32,000 nucleotides of DNA from contig OY781039.1 in assembly GCA_963676105.1 (NCBI GenBank), positions 60,001 through 92,000 on the forward strand. The letters run 5' to 3'. Of this stretch, positions 23,623 through 32,000 are shown in pieces; the stretch's first letter is position 1, and each line of letters starts with the position of its first letter. The position numbers were made by a program, and so were the translations under genes. The notes beneath the pieces were generated by a model. The model saw nothing but the letters and a program-made list of their open reading frames with translations, had not been told where the DNA came from and ran no database searches. The stretch comes from Erysipelotrichaceae bacterium (GTDB taxonomy: Bacteria; Bacillota_I; Bacilli_A; Erysipelotrichales; Erysipelotrichaceae).

Positions 23623-23650
23623 TTGACTTGAATTTTCAGTAGTCTATAAT
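23623..23650 (+). promoter_or_regulatory. Sigma-A promoter of the opp operon
   Basis: TTGACT (23623-23628), a 16-nt spacer, then TATAAT (23645-23650). GGAGGG SD at 23661-23666. Confidence 0.7.
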
Positions 23651-23674
23651 TTTAACTACGGAGGGATTTTTTTT

Positions 23675-25315
23675 ATGAAAAAACTCAAAGCATTATTAGT
23701 CGTTTTAGTAGTTGCTTTAGCACTTGTTGGTTGTTCATCATCAACTGACACACCTGCTGAAGAAACTGCAAGTGTTTTACGAGTTGCCGCTCCTGGTGAT
23801 GTTCTTAGTTTAGATTCAAGCATTGCTACTGACGGTTTCTCATTTGAAGTTATTAATTCATTCCAAGAGGGGCTAGTTCGCTATGATGCAAATGACAACG
23901 TTGTTGCTGCAAATGCATTAGATTGGACTGTGTCTGATGATGGTACTGAATATACCTTCAATCTTGATCCAAATGCTACATGGTCAAATGGTGACGCTGT
24001 TACCGCTGCTGACTATGTATTCGCATGGAGACGTTTAGCAGATCCTGCAACAGCTGCTGAATATTCAATTATGTTGCAAACAGCGCAAATTAAAAACGCT
24101 ACGGCTGTTATTAATGGCGAAATGGGTACTGATCAATTAGGTATCGAAGCTGTTGATGATGTAACTTTAAAAGTTACAACTGAACAAGCTGTTCCTTATT
24201 TCATGAAGCTCATGACTTTCCCATCATTCTTACCTTTAAACGAAGCTTTCGTTACTGAACAAGGTGATGCGTATGCAACTGGTCCAGACACATTATTATC
24301 AAATGGTCCATTTGTTCTAACTGATTGGGTACAAGGTTCATTACTTGTAACTGAAAAGAATGAAGCTTTTGTTGGTGCAGCTAATGTTGCAATCGACGGT
24401 GTTGAATGGCATGTTATTGCTGATGCTCAAACTCTATCACTTCAATATGAACAAGATGAGTTAGATGTAGCTGCTATGACAGGTGACTTAGTTGAAACAT
24501 ACTTAGGCACAGAAGATTACTACCAAATCCTTAAAGGATATGTTTGGTATCTACCTTTTAACCAAAACAGTGACAATGCTGCAATGACTAACGAAAATTT
24601 CCGTTTAGCAATTGCATGGGCATTTGATCGTAGTTTCTTAGTTGATGACAAACTCAATGATGGTTCTGTTGTTGCGACTGGATTTGTTCCTATTAAATTA
24701 GTTGCTGGTCCTACAGGAAACGATTTCCGTACTGATGCGCCTGAATACTTCGGTTATGATGTTGCGTTAGCACAAGAATACTGGGAAGCTGCAAAAGCTG
24801 AACTCGGTGTTGATACTGTTGAATTCGATCTTCTCGTTGGTGATTCAGAAGATACAGGTTTAGCACCAGGTGCACCTGAATACTTCAAATCTGAAATCGA
24901 GAAAAACTTAGAAGGTGTTACAGTAAACATTACTACAACTACTAAGAAAGATCGTCTTGATCGTATGAAAACTGGTGACTTCGAAGTTGGTATGACTCGT
25001 TGGGGTCCTGACTACGCTGATCCACTTACTTACTTATTCGACCTACTTTATGTTGGTAACACTTGGAACTTCTCAGCATATGATGATGCTGAATACAATG
25101 CTCTTATTGATAGCGCAATGCCAGGTGGCGATTTAGCTACTGACTTAGATGCTCGTTGGGATGCGTTAATTGCGGCTGAAAAAGTTGCACTAGACGCTGC
25201 TGTTGTTGTTCCAATGTGGCAAACAGGTGGCGCGATGATCATTAAACCAAATGTTTCTGGTATTGAATACCATCAAGTTGGTATGACTGATTACCGCAAT
25301 ACTGTTATCGAATAA
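23675..25315 (+). CDS. oppA: Oligopeptide ABC transporter substrate-binding lipoprotein (SBP family 5)
   Basis: Signal peptide with lipobox LALVGCSSS. The 546-aa size and the content are typical of OppA/DppA-type binding proteins. It is the first gene of a BCDF-type permease/ATPase set. Confidence 0.88.
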   Translation: MKKLKALLVVLVVALALVGCSSSTDTPAEETASVLRVAAPGDVLSLDSSIATDGFSFEVINSFQEGLVRYDANDNVVAANALDWTVSDDGTEYTFNLDPNATWSNGDAVTAADYVFAWRRLADPATAAEYSIMLQTAQIKNATAVINGEMGTDQLGIEAVDDVTLKVTTEQAVPYFMKLMTFPSFLPLNEAFVTEQGDAYATGPDTLLSNGPFVLTDWVQGSLLVTEKNEAFVGAANVAIDGVEWHVIADAQTLSLQYEQDELDVAAMTGDLVETYLGTEDYYQILKGYVWYLPFNQNSDNAAMTNENFRLAIAWAFDRSFLVDDKLNDGSVVATGFVPIKLVAGPTGNDFRTDAPEYFGYDVALAQEYWEAAKAELGVDTVEFDLLVGDSEDTGLAPGAPEYFKSEIEKNLEGVTVNITTTTKKDRLDRMKTGDFEVGMTRWGPDYADPLTYLFDLLYVGNTWNFSAYDDAEYNALIDSAMPGGDLATDLDARWDALIAAEKVALDAAVVVPMWQTGGAMIIKPNVSGIEYHQVGMTDYRNTVIE

Positions 25316-25330
25316 TCGATAGTTGATGCG

Positions 25331-25360
25331 ATAGGGACCTGCTAACAGGTCCCTATTTTT
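25331..25360 (+). terminator. Intra-operon terminator/attenuator after oppA
   Basis: An 11-bp perfect stem ATAGGGACCTG / CAGGTCCCTAT with loop CTAA, followed by TTTTT. Confidence 0.8.
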
Positions 25361-25379
25361 GCTTTAAGAAAGGAGTCAC

Positions 25380-26315
25380 ATGTTTAAGTACATTAGCAAG
25401 CGAGTTTTTTGGGCTGTTATTACTTTAGCTATTATTTTGTTTATCTTGTTCCTACTCTTACAATTTATGCCAGGAACACCTTTTAATGATGAAAAATTAA
25501 CACCACAACAACTTGTCATCATGAATGCTAAATATGGCTTAGATCAACCGTTTTGGACACGATTGTGGGTTTATTATTCCAATGTTGTCACAAAGTTTGA
25601 TTTTGGTATATCTATGGCTATTCAAAAGAACTGGAATGTTGGGGATATTGTTTTACCACGTTTAGGTATTTCAGTAAGAATTGGTTTACAAGCGATGTTA
25701 TTAGGGGTTACAAGCGGGATTCTATTTGGTGTATTATCTGCATCTAATCGCAATACTTGGATTGATACCGTATCAACCATATTAGCGATTTTAGGCGTTA
25801 GTATCCCATCCTATGTTTTTGCCCTTACTTTGAGTTATTATCTTGGTTTTAAAATCCCAATCTTTGATATTATTTTTAATCATAAAGATCCATTTGGATC
25901 ATCTATGTTACCTACGATTGCTTTGAGTATGTTTATCATGGCTCAAACAACCCGTTTTTTAAGAACAGAACTTATCGAAGTTTTAGGTTCAGACTACATT
26001 AAATTGGTAGAAGCCAAAGGTGTTTCTAAATTTAAAGTTATTTATAAACATGGTTTAAGAAATGCTTTGATTTCAGTTGTTACTATTTTAGGTCCATTAA
26101 CGGTTAACTTATTAACCGGATCCTTAGTTGTTGAAAAGGTTTATGCTATACCTGGTATTGGCAGTATGTTAGTCAATGGTATTTTAACGAATGATTATAA
26201 CGTTATCATGATGATTGCGTTTATTTATAGTGCCTTATATATTGGTATGAATTTATTTGTGGACATAGCCTATGGTTTAATTGATCCACGAATTAGAGTG
26301 GCGAAAGGGGGCTAA
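25380..26315 (+). CDS. oppB: Oligopeptide ABC transporter permease
   Basis: Polytopic BPD-transporter permease of the OppB/DppB type. AGGAG SD upstream. Confidence 0.9.
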   Translation: MFKYISKRVFWAVITLAIILFILFLLLQFMPGTPFNDEKLTPQQLVIMNAKYGLDQPFWTRLWVYYSNVVTKFDFGISMAIQKNWNVGDIVLPRLGISVRIGLQAMLLGVTSGILFGVLSASNRNTWIDTVSTILAILGVSIPSYVFALTLSYYLGFKIPIFDIIFNHKDPFGSSMLPTIALSMFIMAQTTRFLRTELIEVLGSDYIKLVEAKGVSKFKVIYKHGLRNALISVVTILGPLTVNLLTGSLVVEKVYAIPGIGSMLVNGILTNDYNVIMMIAFIYSALYIGMNLFVDIAYGLIDPRIRVAKGG

Positions 26316-26316
26316 G

Positions 26317-27318
26317 ATGAGCAGTATTTCTAAAGAACGCTTTGAAGCGGTTAAAGATCTTCAAGTTGAAGAACAAGAAATGTTAAGCACTGATATCAGT
26401 TTCTTTAAAGATGCCTATCATCGCTTCACTGCCAATAAAGGAGCTGTGATAGGTTTTTATGCGATTACAACGATTCTTTTATTAGCTGTGTTTGGTCCTT
26501 ACATTACACCCCATACATATAATGAAATCATTACAGAGCATATTAATTTACCACCACGTATTCCTGGTCTAGAAAATTTAGGTATTTTTGATGGAATGTG
26601 GCGCGATGTGAATATGTATGTCAAAAAAGGTTTTGATGATGTTTACTATTGGTTTGGAGCTGATGGTTTAGGTCGTGATTTATGGGCTCGTGTTTGGTAT
26701 GGTACCCGCATTTCATTCATGGTTGCCTTTGTAGCTGTTATTATTGACGTATTTATTGGGATTACAGTTGGACTTGTCTCAGGTTATTTTGGTGGCAAAG
26801 TTGATTTAATTATTCAACGTGTTATTGAGATAATTGCTGGTATCCCAAATCTTGTTGTGGTTATTTTATTGATGATTGTTTTGAAACCTGGCTTGATTTC
26901 AATTATTTTTGCCTTAATGATTACGGGATGGATTTCACAGTCACGTGTTGTTCGCTCTCAAGTCTTAAAGATTAAAGAGATGGAATATATTTTAGCTGCT
27001 AAAACATTAGGGGCTAATCATATGATGATTGTGTTAAGAGAAATCTTACCAAACATCATTGGCCAAATTATTATCATGACGATGTTTTCAATTCCTAATG
27101 CGATATTTTATGAAAGTTTCTTAGCTTTCATTGGTTTAGGTTTACAACCACCACTCGCATCATTAGGTGTGCTTATTTCAACTGGATATCAAAGCATGTT
27201 GATCTATCCACATATGGTTATCTTCCCAGTTATCGTTCTTTCAGTATTAATGTTGAGTTTTAACTTGGTAGCGGATGGTCTAAGGGATGCCTTTGACCCT
27301 AAGATGAAAGGATTTTAA
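26317..27318 (+). CDS. oppC: Oligopeptide ABC transporter permease
   Basis: OppC/DppC-type permease. I prefer ATG 26317 (MSSISKERF...), which is preceded by AAAGGGGG and lies just after the oppB stop. The tracked TTG at 26281 overlaps oppB. Confidence 0.9.
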   Translation: MSSISKERFEAVKDLQVEEQEMLSTDISFFKDAYHRFTANKGAVIGFYAITTILLLAVFGPYITPHTYNEIITEHINLPPRIPGLENLGIFDGMWRDVNMYVKKGFDDVYYWFGADGLGRDLWARVWYGTRISFMVAFVAVIIDVFIGITVGLVSGYFGGKVDLIIQRVIEIIAGIPNLVVVILLMIVLKPGLISIIFALMITGWISQSRVVRSQVLKIKEMEYILAAKTLGANHMMIVLREILPNIIGQIIIMTMFSIPNAIFYESFLAFIGLGLQPPLASLGVLISTGYQSMLIYPHMVIFPVIVLSVLMLSFNLVADGLRDAFDPKMKGF

Positions 27319-27319
27319 G

Positions 27320-28381
27320 ATGGAAAAATTATTAGATGTTAAAAATTTAACCTTATCCTTTCAACTCAATGAAGGTATTAACCACGTTATTCGCGATGTT
27401 AGCTTTTCGCTAAACAAAGGTGAAACACTCGCAATCGTGGGTGAATCTGGCTCAGGTAAGTCAGTTACAACTAAAGCTATCTTAGGATTAATTGATAGTA
27501 ATGGAATTGTTGAAAAGGGTGAAATTACATTTAAACTTAACGACAATGAAACGGTTGATTTACTAAGTTGTGGGAAAGATTATCTACAAAAAAATATACG
27601 CGGTAATCGAATAGCAATTATTTTCCAAGATCCAATGACTTCACTAGATCCAACTATGACGATTGGAAAACAAGTTATGGAGAGTATGCTGGAACATAAA
27701 ATTGTTTCAAGTAAACATGAAGCTTTTGATCGTACCCTTAATTTATTAGATTTAGTTGGGATTGATCATCCAGCGAAGCGTATTAAACAATATCCTCACC
27801 AATTATCTGGTGGTATGAGACAGCGGGTTGTCATTGCGATTGCGCTAGCGTGTGAACCTGATATTTTAATTGCGGATGAGCCAACCACTGCATTAGATGT
27901 CACCATTCAATCTCAAATATTAGAACTTATTAAAGATATTCAATCAAAAACAGGTGTTTCGATTATTTTCATTACCCATGATTTAGGTGTTGTCGCAAAT
28001 GTTGCGGATCGTGTAGCTGTTATGTATGCAGGAAAAATTGTTGAAGAAGGCTTGGCGAATGAAATCTATTATGATCCTCGTCATCCATATACTTGGGGAT
28101 TACTATCAAGTATTCCTTCACTTAGTGACAAGGGATCAGAAATTCTCTCTATTCCTGGCACACCACCAAACTTATTTAATCCACCCGCTGGTGATGCATT
28201 TGCATATCGTAGCGCGTATGCGATGAAGATTGATTTTGAGGAACAACCACCAATGTTTAAAGTAAGTGATACTCACTTTGCGGCAACGTGGTTACTTCAT
28301 CCAGATGCACCTAAAGTAAAAATGCCTGAGATTCTTCAAAAGAGAATTGATAGTTATCATAAGAAAGGGAAGAAATCATGA
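27320..28381 (+). CDS. oppD: Oligopeptide ABC transporter ATP-binding protein
   Basis: Walker A GESGSGKS, signature LSGGMRQR, Walker [13 protein letters not shown] and the C-terminal oligopeptide-type extension. Confidence 0.93.
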   Translation: MEKLLDVKNLTLSFQLNEGINHVIRDVSFSLNKGETLAIVGESGSGKSVTTKAILGLIDSNGIVEKGEITFKLNDNETVDLLSCGKDYLQKNIRGNRIAIIFQDPMTSLDPTMTIGKQVMESMLEHKIVSSKHEAFDRTLNLLDLVGIDHPAKRIKQYPHQLSGGMRQRVVIAIALACEPDILIADEPTTALDVTIQSQILELIKDIQSKTGVSIIFITHDLGVVANVADRVAVMYAGKIVEEGLANEIYYDPRHPYTWGLLSSIPSLSDKGSEILSIPGTPPNLFNPPAGDAFAYRSAYAMKIDFEEQPPMFKVSDTHFAATWLLHPDAPKVKMPEILQKRIDSYHKKGKKS

Positions 28382-29334
28382 GTGAGCGAAAAGTCTTATT
28401 AGACGTTAAAAACTTAAGTCAATTCTTCCGCATCGATCGAAAATTAACGATTCGAGCAGTTGATAATGTTTCCTTTCAAATCTATGAAGGAGAAACGTTT
28501 TCAGTCGTTGGTGAATCAGGTAGTGGTAAAACAACTCTAGGTCGTAGTTTGATTCGTATCTATGATCCAAATGGAGGAGAAGTTAATTTTTTAGGAAAAG
28601 ATATCCATGGCAAATTGAATAAAGAGACTGAGCAATTCTTACGTAAGAATATGCAAATGATCTATCAAGATCCTATGGCATCTTTAAATCCACGTAAGAA
28701 AGTTATTGATTCAATTGCCTTTGGTTTAGATATCTTTAAACTCAGTGAATCTTCTGAAGATAGACGTCAAAAAGTATTAGAAGTCTTAAAAAGTGTTGGT
28801 TTACTTGAAGATCATCTCAATCGTTTTCCTCATCAGTTTTCTGGTGGGCAAAGACAAAGAATTGGTATCGCGCGAGCACTTATTCTTAAACCTAAGTTCA
28901 TTATTGCGGATGAAATTATTTCAGCACTTGATGTATCAATTCAAGCACAAGTTATTAATTTGATGAAACAACTTCAAACTGAACTGAACTTAACCTATAT
29001 GTTTATTGCCCATGATTTAAGTATGGTACGCTATATTTCTGATCGTGTTGCGGTTATGCATTTAGGTCATATTGTTGAAATGGGTAGTGTTGAGGATATT
29101 TATGAAAATCCAATTCATCCATATACTGTGTCATTGTTATCAGCGATACCACATCCTGACCCTGATAGTGAAAAAGTACGTAAGCGTGTTGTGTATAAAC
29201 GTGATGTCGTGCCTCAAACTTATAATTCTGGTACGATTCATCAAATTAATAAAACACATACTGTACTTGCGACTGAAGAACAACTAGCTCGTTGGTCTAA
29301 ACAAGATTATTCAGAAGAATTAGAATCAAATTAA
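28378..29334 (+). CDS. oppF: Oligopeptide ABC transporter ATP-binding protein
   Basis: Walker A GESGSGKT, signature FSGGQRQR and Walker B FIIADEIISALD. ATGA overlap with oppD. Confidence 0.93.
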   Translation: MSERKVLLDVKNLSQFFRIDRKLTIRAVDNVSFQIYEGETFSVVGESGSGKTTLGRSLIRIYDPNGGEVNFLGKDIHGKLNKETEQFLRKNMQMIYQDPMASLNPRKKVIDSIAFGLDIFKLSESSEDRRQKVLEVLKSVGLLEDHLNRFPHQFSGGQRQRIGIARALILKPKFIIADEIISALDVSIQAQVINLMKQLQTELNLTYMFIAHDLSMVRYISDRVAVMHLGHIVEMGSVEDIYENPIHPYTVSLLSAIPHPDPDSEKVRKRVVYKRDVVPQTYNSGTIHQINKTHTVLATEEQLARWSKQDYSEELESN

Positions 29335-29368
29335 AAAAAGATTGAGAATTTATTTTCTCAATCTTTTT
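29335..29368. terminator. Bidirectional terminator between oppF and the thioredoxin-like gene
   Basis: A 12-bp perfect stem AAAGATTGAGAA / TTCTCAATCTTT with a 6-nt loop, flanked by an A-run and a T-run. Confidence 0.85.
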
Positions 29369-29699
29369 AGTCTTGTAGTAAGTTTAGAATACGTTCAATT
29401 TTACTGAAATCAATAAAACGACTTTCTCTTAATACTTCTTTACCTTCATGCATGACTAGAATCGTTGGTACAGTAAACACTAAGTGTTGACCAGCTAAGT
29501 TTTCTAAACTTGAAGCATCTATTTTTAAAATAGGGAATGGATATTTTTCCATTAAACTTTCAAGTTGTGGGAAAACTGATTTACATACATTACATGTTGG
29601 GGTTGTGAAGTATAAGATGTGTACAGGATTAGCGGATGCAAGTTCTGTCACTTGTTCTTCGGTTTTTATAATATGTGTCATATAGATGAAAGGGAGCAT
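29367..29699 (-). CDS. Thioredoxin-fold protein (CxxC = TCNVC)
   Basis: FTTPTCNVCKSVFPQL active-site-like motif and a 110-aa thioredoxin-like length. The motif is not the canonical WCGPC. Confidence 0.65.
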   Translation of the reverse strand: MLPFIYMTHIIKTEEQVTELASANPVHILYFTTPTCNVCKSVFPQLESLMEKYPFPILKIDASSLENLAGQHLVFTVPTILVMHEGKEVLRESRFIDFSKIERILNLLQD

Positions 29700-29718
29700 A
29701 AACTCCCTTTATTGTTTA

Positions 29719-30651
29719 TTAAACAGCTTTACCGTCTGAACCTAAAACGTTTTTAATTTTCTTACCTACTAAATCTTTTAGGTATGAACGTGAAACGCCT
29801 AAGTATTTACGTGGATCAAATTCACCTGGTTTGTTGACGAAAGTTTCGCGGATACCTGCAGTGAATGCTAAACGTAAATCTGAGTCGATGTTAATTTTAC
29901 ATACTGCTGAAGTAGCAGCTTGTCTTAACATATCTTCAGGAACACCGATCGCATCTTTTAAGTCACCACCGTTAGCATTGATGATTTCAACGTATTCTTG
30001 AATAACACTTGAAGCACCATGTAGTACGATTGGGAAGTTAGGAAGACGTTTTGAAACTTCTTCTAAGATGTCGAAACGTAATTGTGGTTTTGTACCTGGA
30101 GCAAATTTGAATGCACCATGGCTTGTCCCAATAGCGATAGCTAATGAGTCACAACCTGTACGAGTAACGAAGTCTTCAACTTGTTCTGGTTGAGTGTAGC
30201 TATGTTCTGCAACATTAACTTCATCTTCGATACCAGCTAGTTGTCCAAGTTCACCTTCAACAGTTACACCGTGAGCGTGAGCGTATTCAACAACTTTCTT
30301 TGTTAGAGCAACGTTTTCTTCATAAGGAAGATGTGAACCATCGATCATAACAGATGTGAATCCGTTGTCGATACATTCTTTACATAATTCGAATGTGTCA
30401 CCGTGGTCTAAGTGTAAAGCGATAGGAATATCACTTGTTTCTACTGCAGCTTCAACAAGCTTGCGTAGGTATACTGGGTTTGCGTAGTTACGAGCACCTT
30501 TTGACGCTTGTAAAATAACAGGTGATTTTAGTTCGTTAGCTGCTTCAACGATCGCTTGAACAATTTCCATGTTGTTGACGTTGAATGCTCCGATGGCATA
30601 ACCACCTTTGTATGCTTTTTCAAACATTTCTTTGGTTGATACTAAAGGCAT
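29719..30651 (-). CDS. fba: Class II fructose-1,6-bisphosphate aldolase
   Basis: 310 aa with ALHLDHGDTFE, GELGQLAGIED and VLHGASS motifs. Confidence 0.95.
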   Translation of the reverse strand: MPLVSTKEMFEKAYKGGYAIGAFNVNNMEIVQAIVEAANELKSPVILQASKGARNYANPVYLRKLVEAAVETSDIPIALHLDHGDTFELCKECIDNGFTSVMIDGSHLPYEENVALTKKVVEYAHAHGVTVEGELGQLAGIEDEVNVAEHSYTQPEQVEDFVTRTGCDSLAIAIGTSHGAFKFAPGTKPQLRFDILEEVSKRLPNFPIVLHGASSVIQEYVEIINANGGDLKDAIGVPEDMLRQAATSAVCKINIDSDLRLAFTAGIRETFVNKPGEFDPRKYLGVSRSYLKDLVGKKIKNVLGSDGKAV

Positions 30652-30676
30652 AATTTTAAATTCCTCCTAGTCATAT

Positions 30677-30704
30677 ATTATAAGGAAAAAGTACCATTAT
30701 GCAA
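30677..30704 (-). promoter_or_regulatory. Promoter of fba (minus strand)
   Basis: The minus strand reads TTGCAT (30704-30699), a 16-nt spacer, then TATAAT (30682-30677). GGAGG SD at 30663-30667. Confidence 0.55.
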
Positions 30705-30724
30705 GAAAGAAACATTCTCTTTCA

Positions 30725-30754
30725 TTGAAAGCGATTTTACTTGTGGTGTATAAT
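30725..30754 (+). promoter_or_regulatory. Promoter of pduL
   Basis: TTGAAA (30725-30730), an 18-nt spacer, then TATAAT (30749-30754). GAGGTG SD at 30770-30775. Confidence 0.55.
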
Positions 30755-30780
30755 AAAAAACGAAAAAATGAGGTGAAGTC

Positions 30781-31359
30781 ATGGAAGAAAATAAAGTACT
30801 CGTTGAAGTGTCCGCAAGACACGTTCATGTGAGCCAAGAAGATTTAGAAGTTTTATTTGGAAAAGGGTATGAATTAACCCCTAAAAAAGATTTATCACAG
30901 CCTGGGCAATATGCTTGTGAAGAAAGAGTTAGCGTTGTTGGACCTAAAAGCACATTGAATAATGTTATTATCTTAGGACCTTGTCGTAACTTCTCACAAG
31001 TTGAAGTCAGTTTAACAGATGCTCGTACATTAGGTGCTAAAGCACTCATTCGCGAATCCGGTAAAATTGAAGGTAGTTATGGTATTAAATTAGTGGGACC
31101 AAAAGGTGAAGTTGAACTTAAAGAAGGTTTAATTGCTGCTAAACGTCACATCCACCTAACACCAGAAGATGCGAAAAAGTTTAATGTTGAGAATGGACAA
31201 GTTGTTTCAGTACTTGTTGAAACAGATAATCGTACAACCAGCTTTGGAGATACTGTTATTCGTGTTAGCGAAAAATTCGCTGCCGCAATGCACATCGATA
31301 CAGATGAAGCAAATGCTGCAGGTATCGTTGGTAGCGCAATGGGATCAATTATTGCTTAA
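30781..31359 (+). CDS. pduL: Phosphate acyltransferase PduL (phosphate propanoyl/acetyl-transferase)
   Basis: Two PduL repeats, each with the RHxH motif (SARHVHVS and AAKRHIHLT). 192 aa. Confidence 0.9.
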   Translation: MEENKVLVEVSARHVHVSQEDLEVLFGKGYELTPKKDLSQPGQYACEERVSVVGPKSTLNNVIILGPCRNFSQVEVSLTDARTLGAKALIRESGKIEGSYGIKLVGPKGEVELKEGLIAAKRHIHLTPEDAKKFNVENGQVVSVLVETDNRTTSFGDTVIRVSEKFAAAMHIDTDEANAAGIVGSAMGSIIA

Positions 31360-31385
31360 GTCGTTAGAAATAACGGCTTTTTTTT
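31360..31385 (+). terminator. Terminator after pduL
   Basis: Stem GTCGTTA / TAACGGC (one G-T pair) with loop GAAA, followed by T8. Confidence 0.75.
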
Positions 31386-31425
31386 ACTTTTATCCCCTTG
31401 TTTATAAGGTATGATAGTAAGTGAT

Positions 31426-32000
31426 ATGAAACATATTTTTATTGTTAACCCGATTTCTGGACAAGAATCTGCTTTAAATCTAATTCCAAGTATTGAATCT
31501 TACTTTAAAGATCGACCAAAAGATTATGAAATTCATCTAACACAATATCCTAAGCAAGCCACTGAATTAGCATCACAATATCATAAGGAAGATGATGTGA
31601 CTTTATATGCTTGTGGGGGGGATGGAACCATTAACGAAGTTTTTAATGGGTTAGAGCCTGGGGTTCCTCTGGGTGTTCTTCCAGTTGGAACAGGTAATGA
31701 TTTTTTTAGAATGTTGGGGGTTAAAGAAACAAAACTTAAAGATATCCTTCACGCAACCATTGAAGGGAAAGAGGTCTTTGTTGATGCAGGTATGAGTAAT
31801 CTAGGTGGATTTGTTGAAGCTCTCTCAATGGGTTTTGATGCAGATGTCGCCTATGATGCAAATAAGATTTCAAGAAATAAATGGGTACCCAATAAATTTG
31901 TCTATATGATATCTGTGATTAATAATATTTTTTCGAGAACTACGTATCATATGACAATTGATATTGATGGCGAAATCATAGATGAGAAATTATTATTAAT
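31426..32000 (+). CDS. Diacylglycerol-kinase-family lipid kinase (DagK/YegS/BmrU-like), N-terminal 191 codons. The 3' end lies beyond the window.
   Basis: Hand translation gives MKHIFIVNPISGQES...LYACGGDGTINEV...LPVGTGNDF (DAGK catalytic-domain motifs). The frame is open to the window edge, so it is absent from the ORF track. Confidence 0.8.
   Translation, partial: MKHIFIVNPISGQESALNLIPSIESYFKDRPKDYEIHLTQYPKQATELASQYHKEDDVTLYACGGDGTINEVFNGLEPGVPLGVLPVGTGNDFFRMLGVKETKLKDILHATIEGKEVFVDAGMSNLGGFVEALSMGFDADVAYDANKISRNKWVPNKFVYMISVINNIFSRTTYHMTIDIDGEIIDEKLLL

Noticed and set aside
1-32000. Genetic code 4 (TGA = Trp), considered because of the Mollicutes-like gene content.
   Set aside because: TGA terminates several well-supported genes exactly at operon junctions (2904-2906, 4754-4756, 17828-17830, 18529-18531, 19532-19534). 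Trp in conserved proteins is encoded by TGG.

Overview
This is a 32-kb chromosomal window from an AT-rich, low-GC monoderm-type bacterium that uses the standard genetic code: TGA ends well-supported genes and Trp is TGG. A low-confidence guess at the lineage is an Erysipelotrichia- or Acholeplasma-like Firmicute. Most of the window is densely packed housekeeping genes. In order these are ftsA (5' end outside the window) and ftsZ; a GNAT/nadE/AI-2E-transporter operon; a type III glutamine synthetase; small redox and Fe-S proteins; pgi; an ApbE flavin transferase lying divergent to an rnfCDGEAB operon; coaX; a stand-alone tRNA-His; a bactofilin; an oppABCDF-type peptide ABC transporter; a thioredoxin-like gene; class II fba; an orphan pduL; and a lipid kinase that runs off the 3' end. 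I saw no CRISPR array, IS element, integrase or rRNA. The stand-out region is 17.4-21.5 kb. It holds a self-contained seven-gene Tad/Flp-like (type IVc pilus-like) operon bracketed by two strong terminators between the rnf operon and coaX. The operon includes a 47-aa Flp-like pilin ORF that the ORF track misses. Its three pilin-like proteins have essentially no leader peptide (they start MK[G/A]), and the locus has no prepilin peptidase or TadZ gene. The second point of interest is an atypical Rnf complex. RnfD carries an extra C-terminal transmembrane helix plus an FMN-binding domain, RnfB is reduced to its 98-aa N-terminal module with no ferredoxin domains, and an untracked 56-aa TM + 4-Cys ORF sits tightly coupled between rnfA and rnfB. 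Several promoters and terminators were read by eye. Three genes show a TATAAT-N6/8-ATG arrangement with no Shine-Dalgarno sequence, which suggests leaderless mRNAs. All functional calls rest on motif recognition by eye, and no database search was run.
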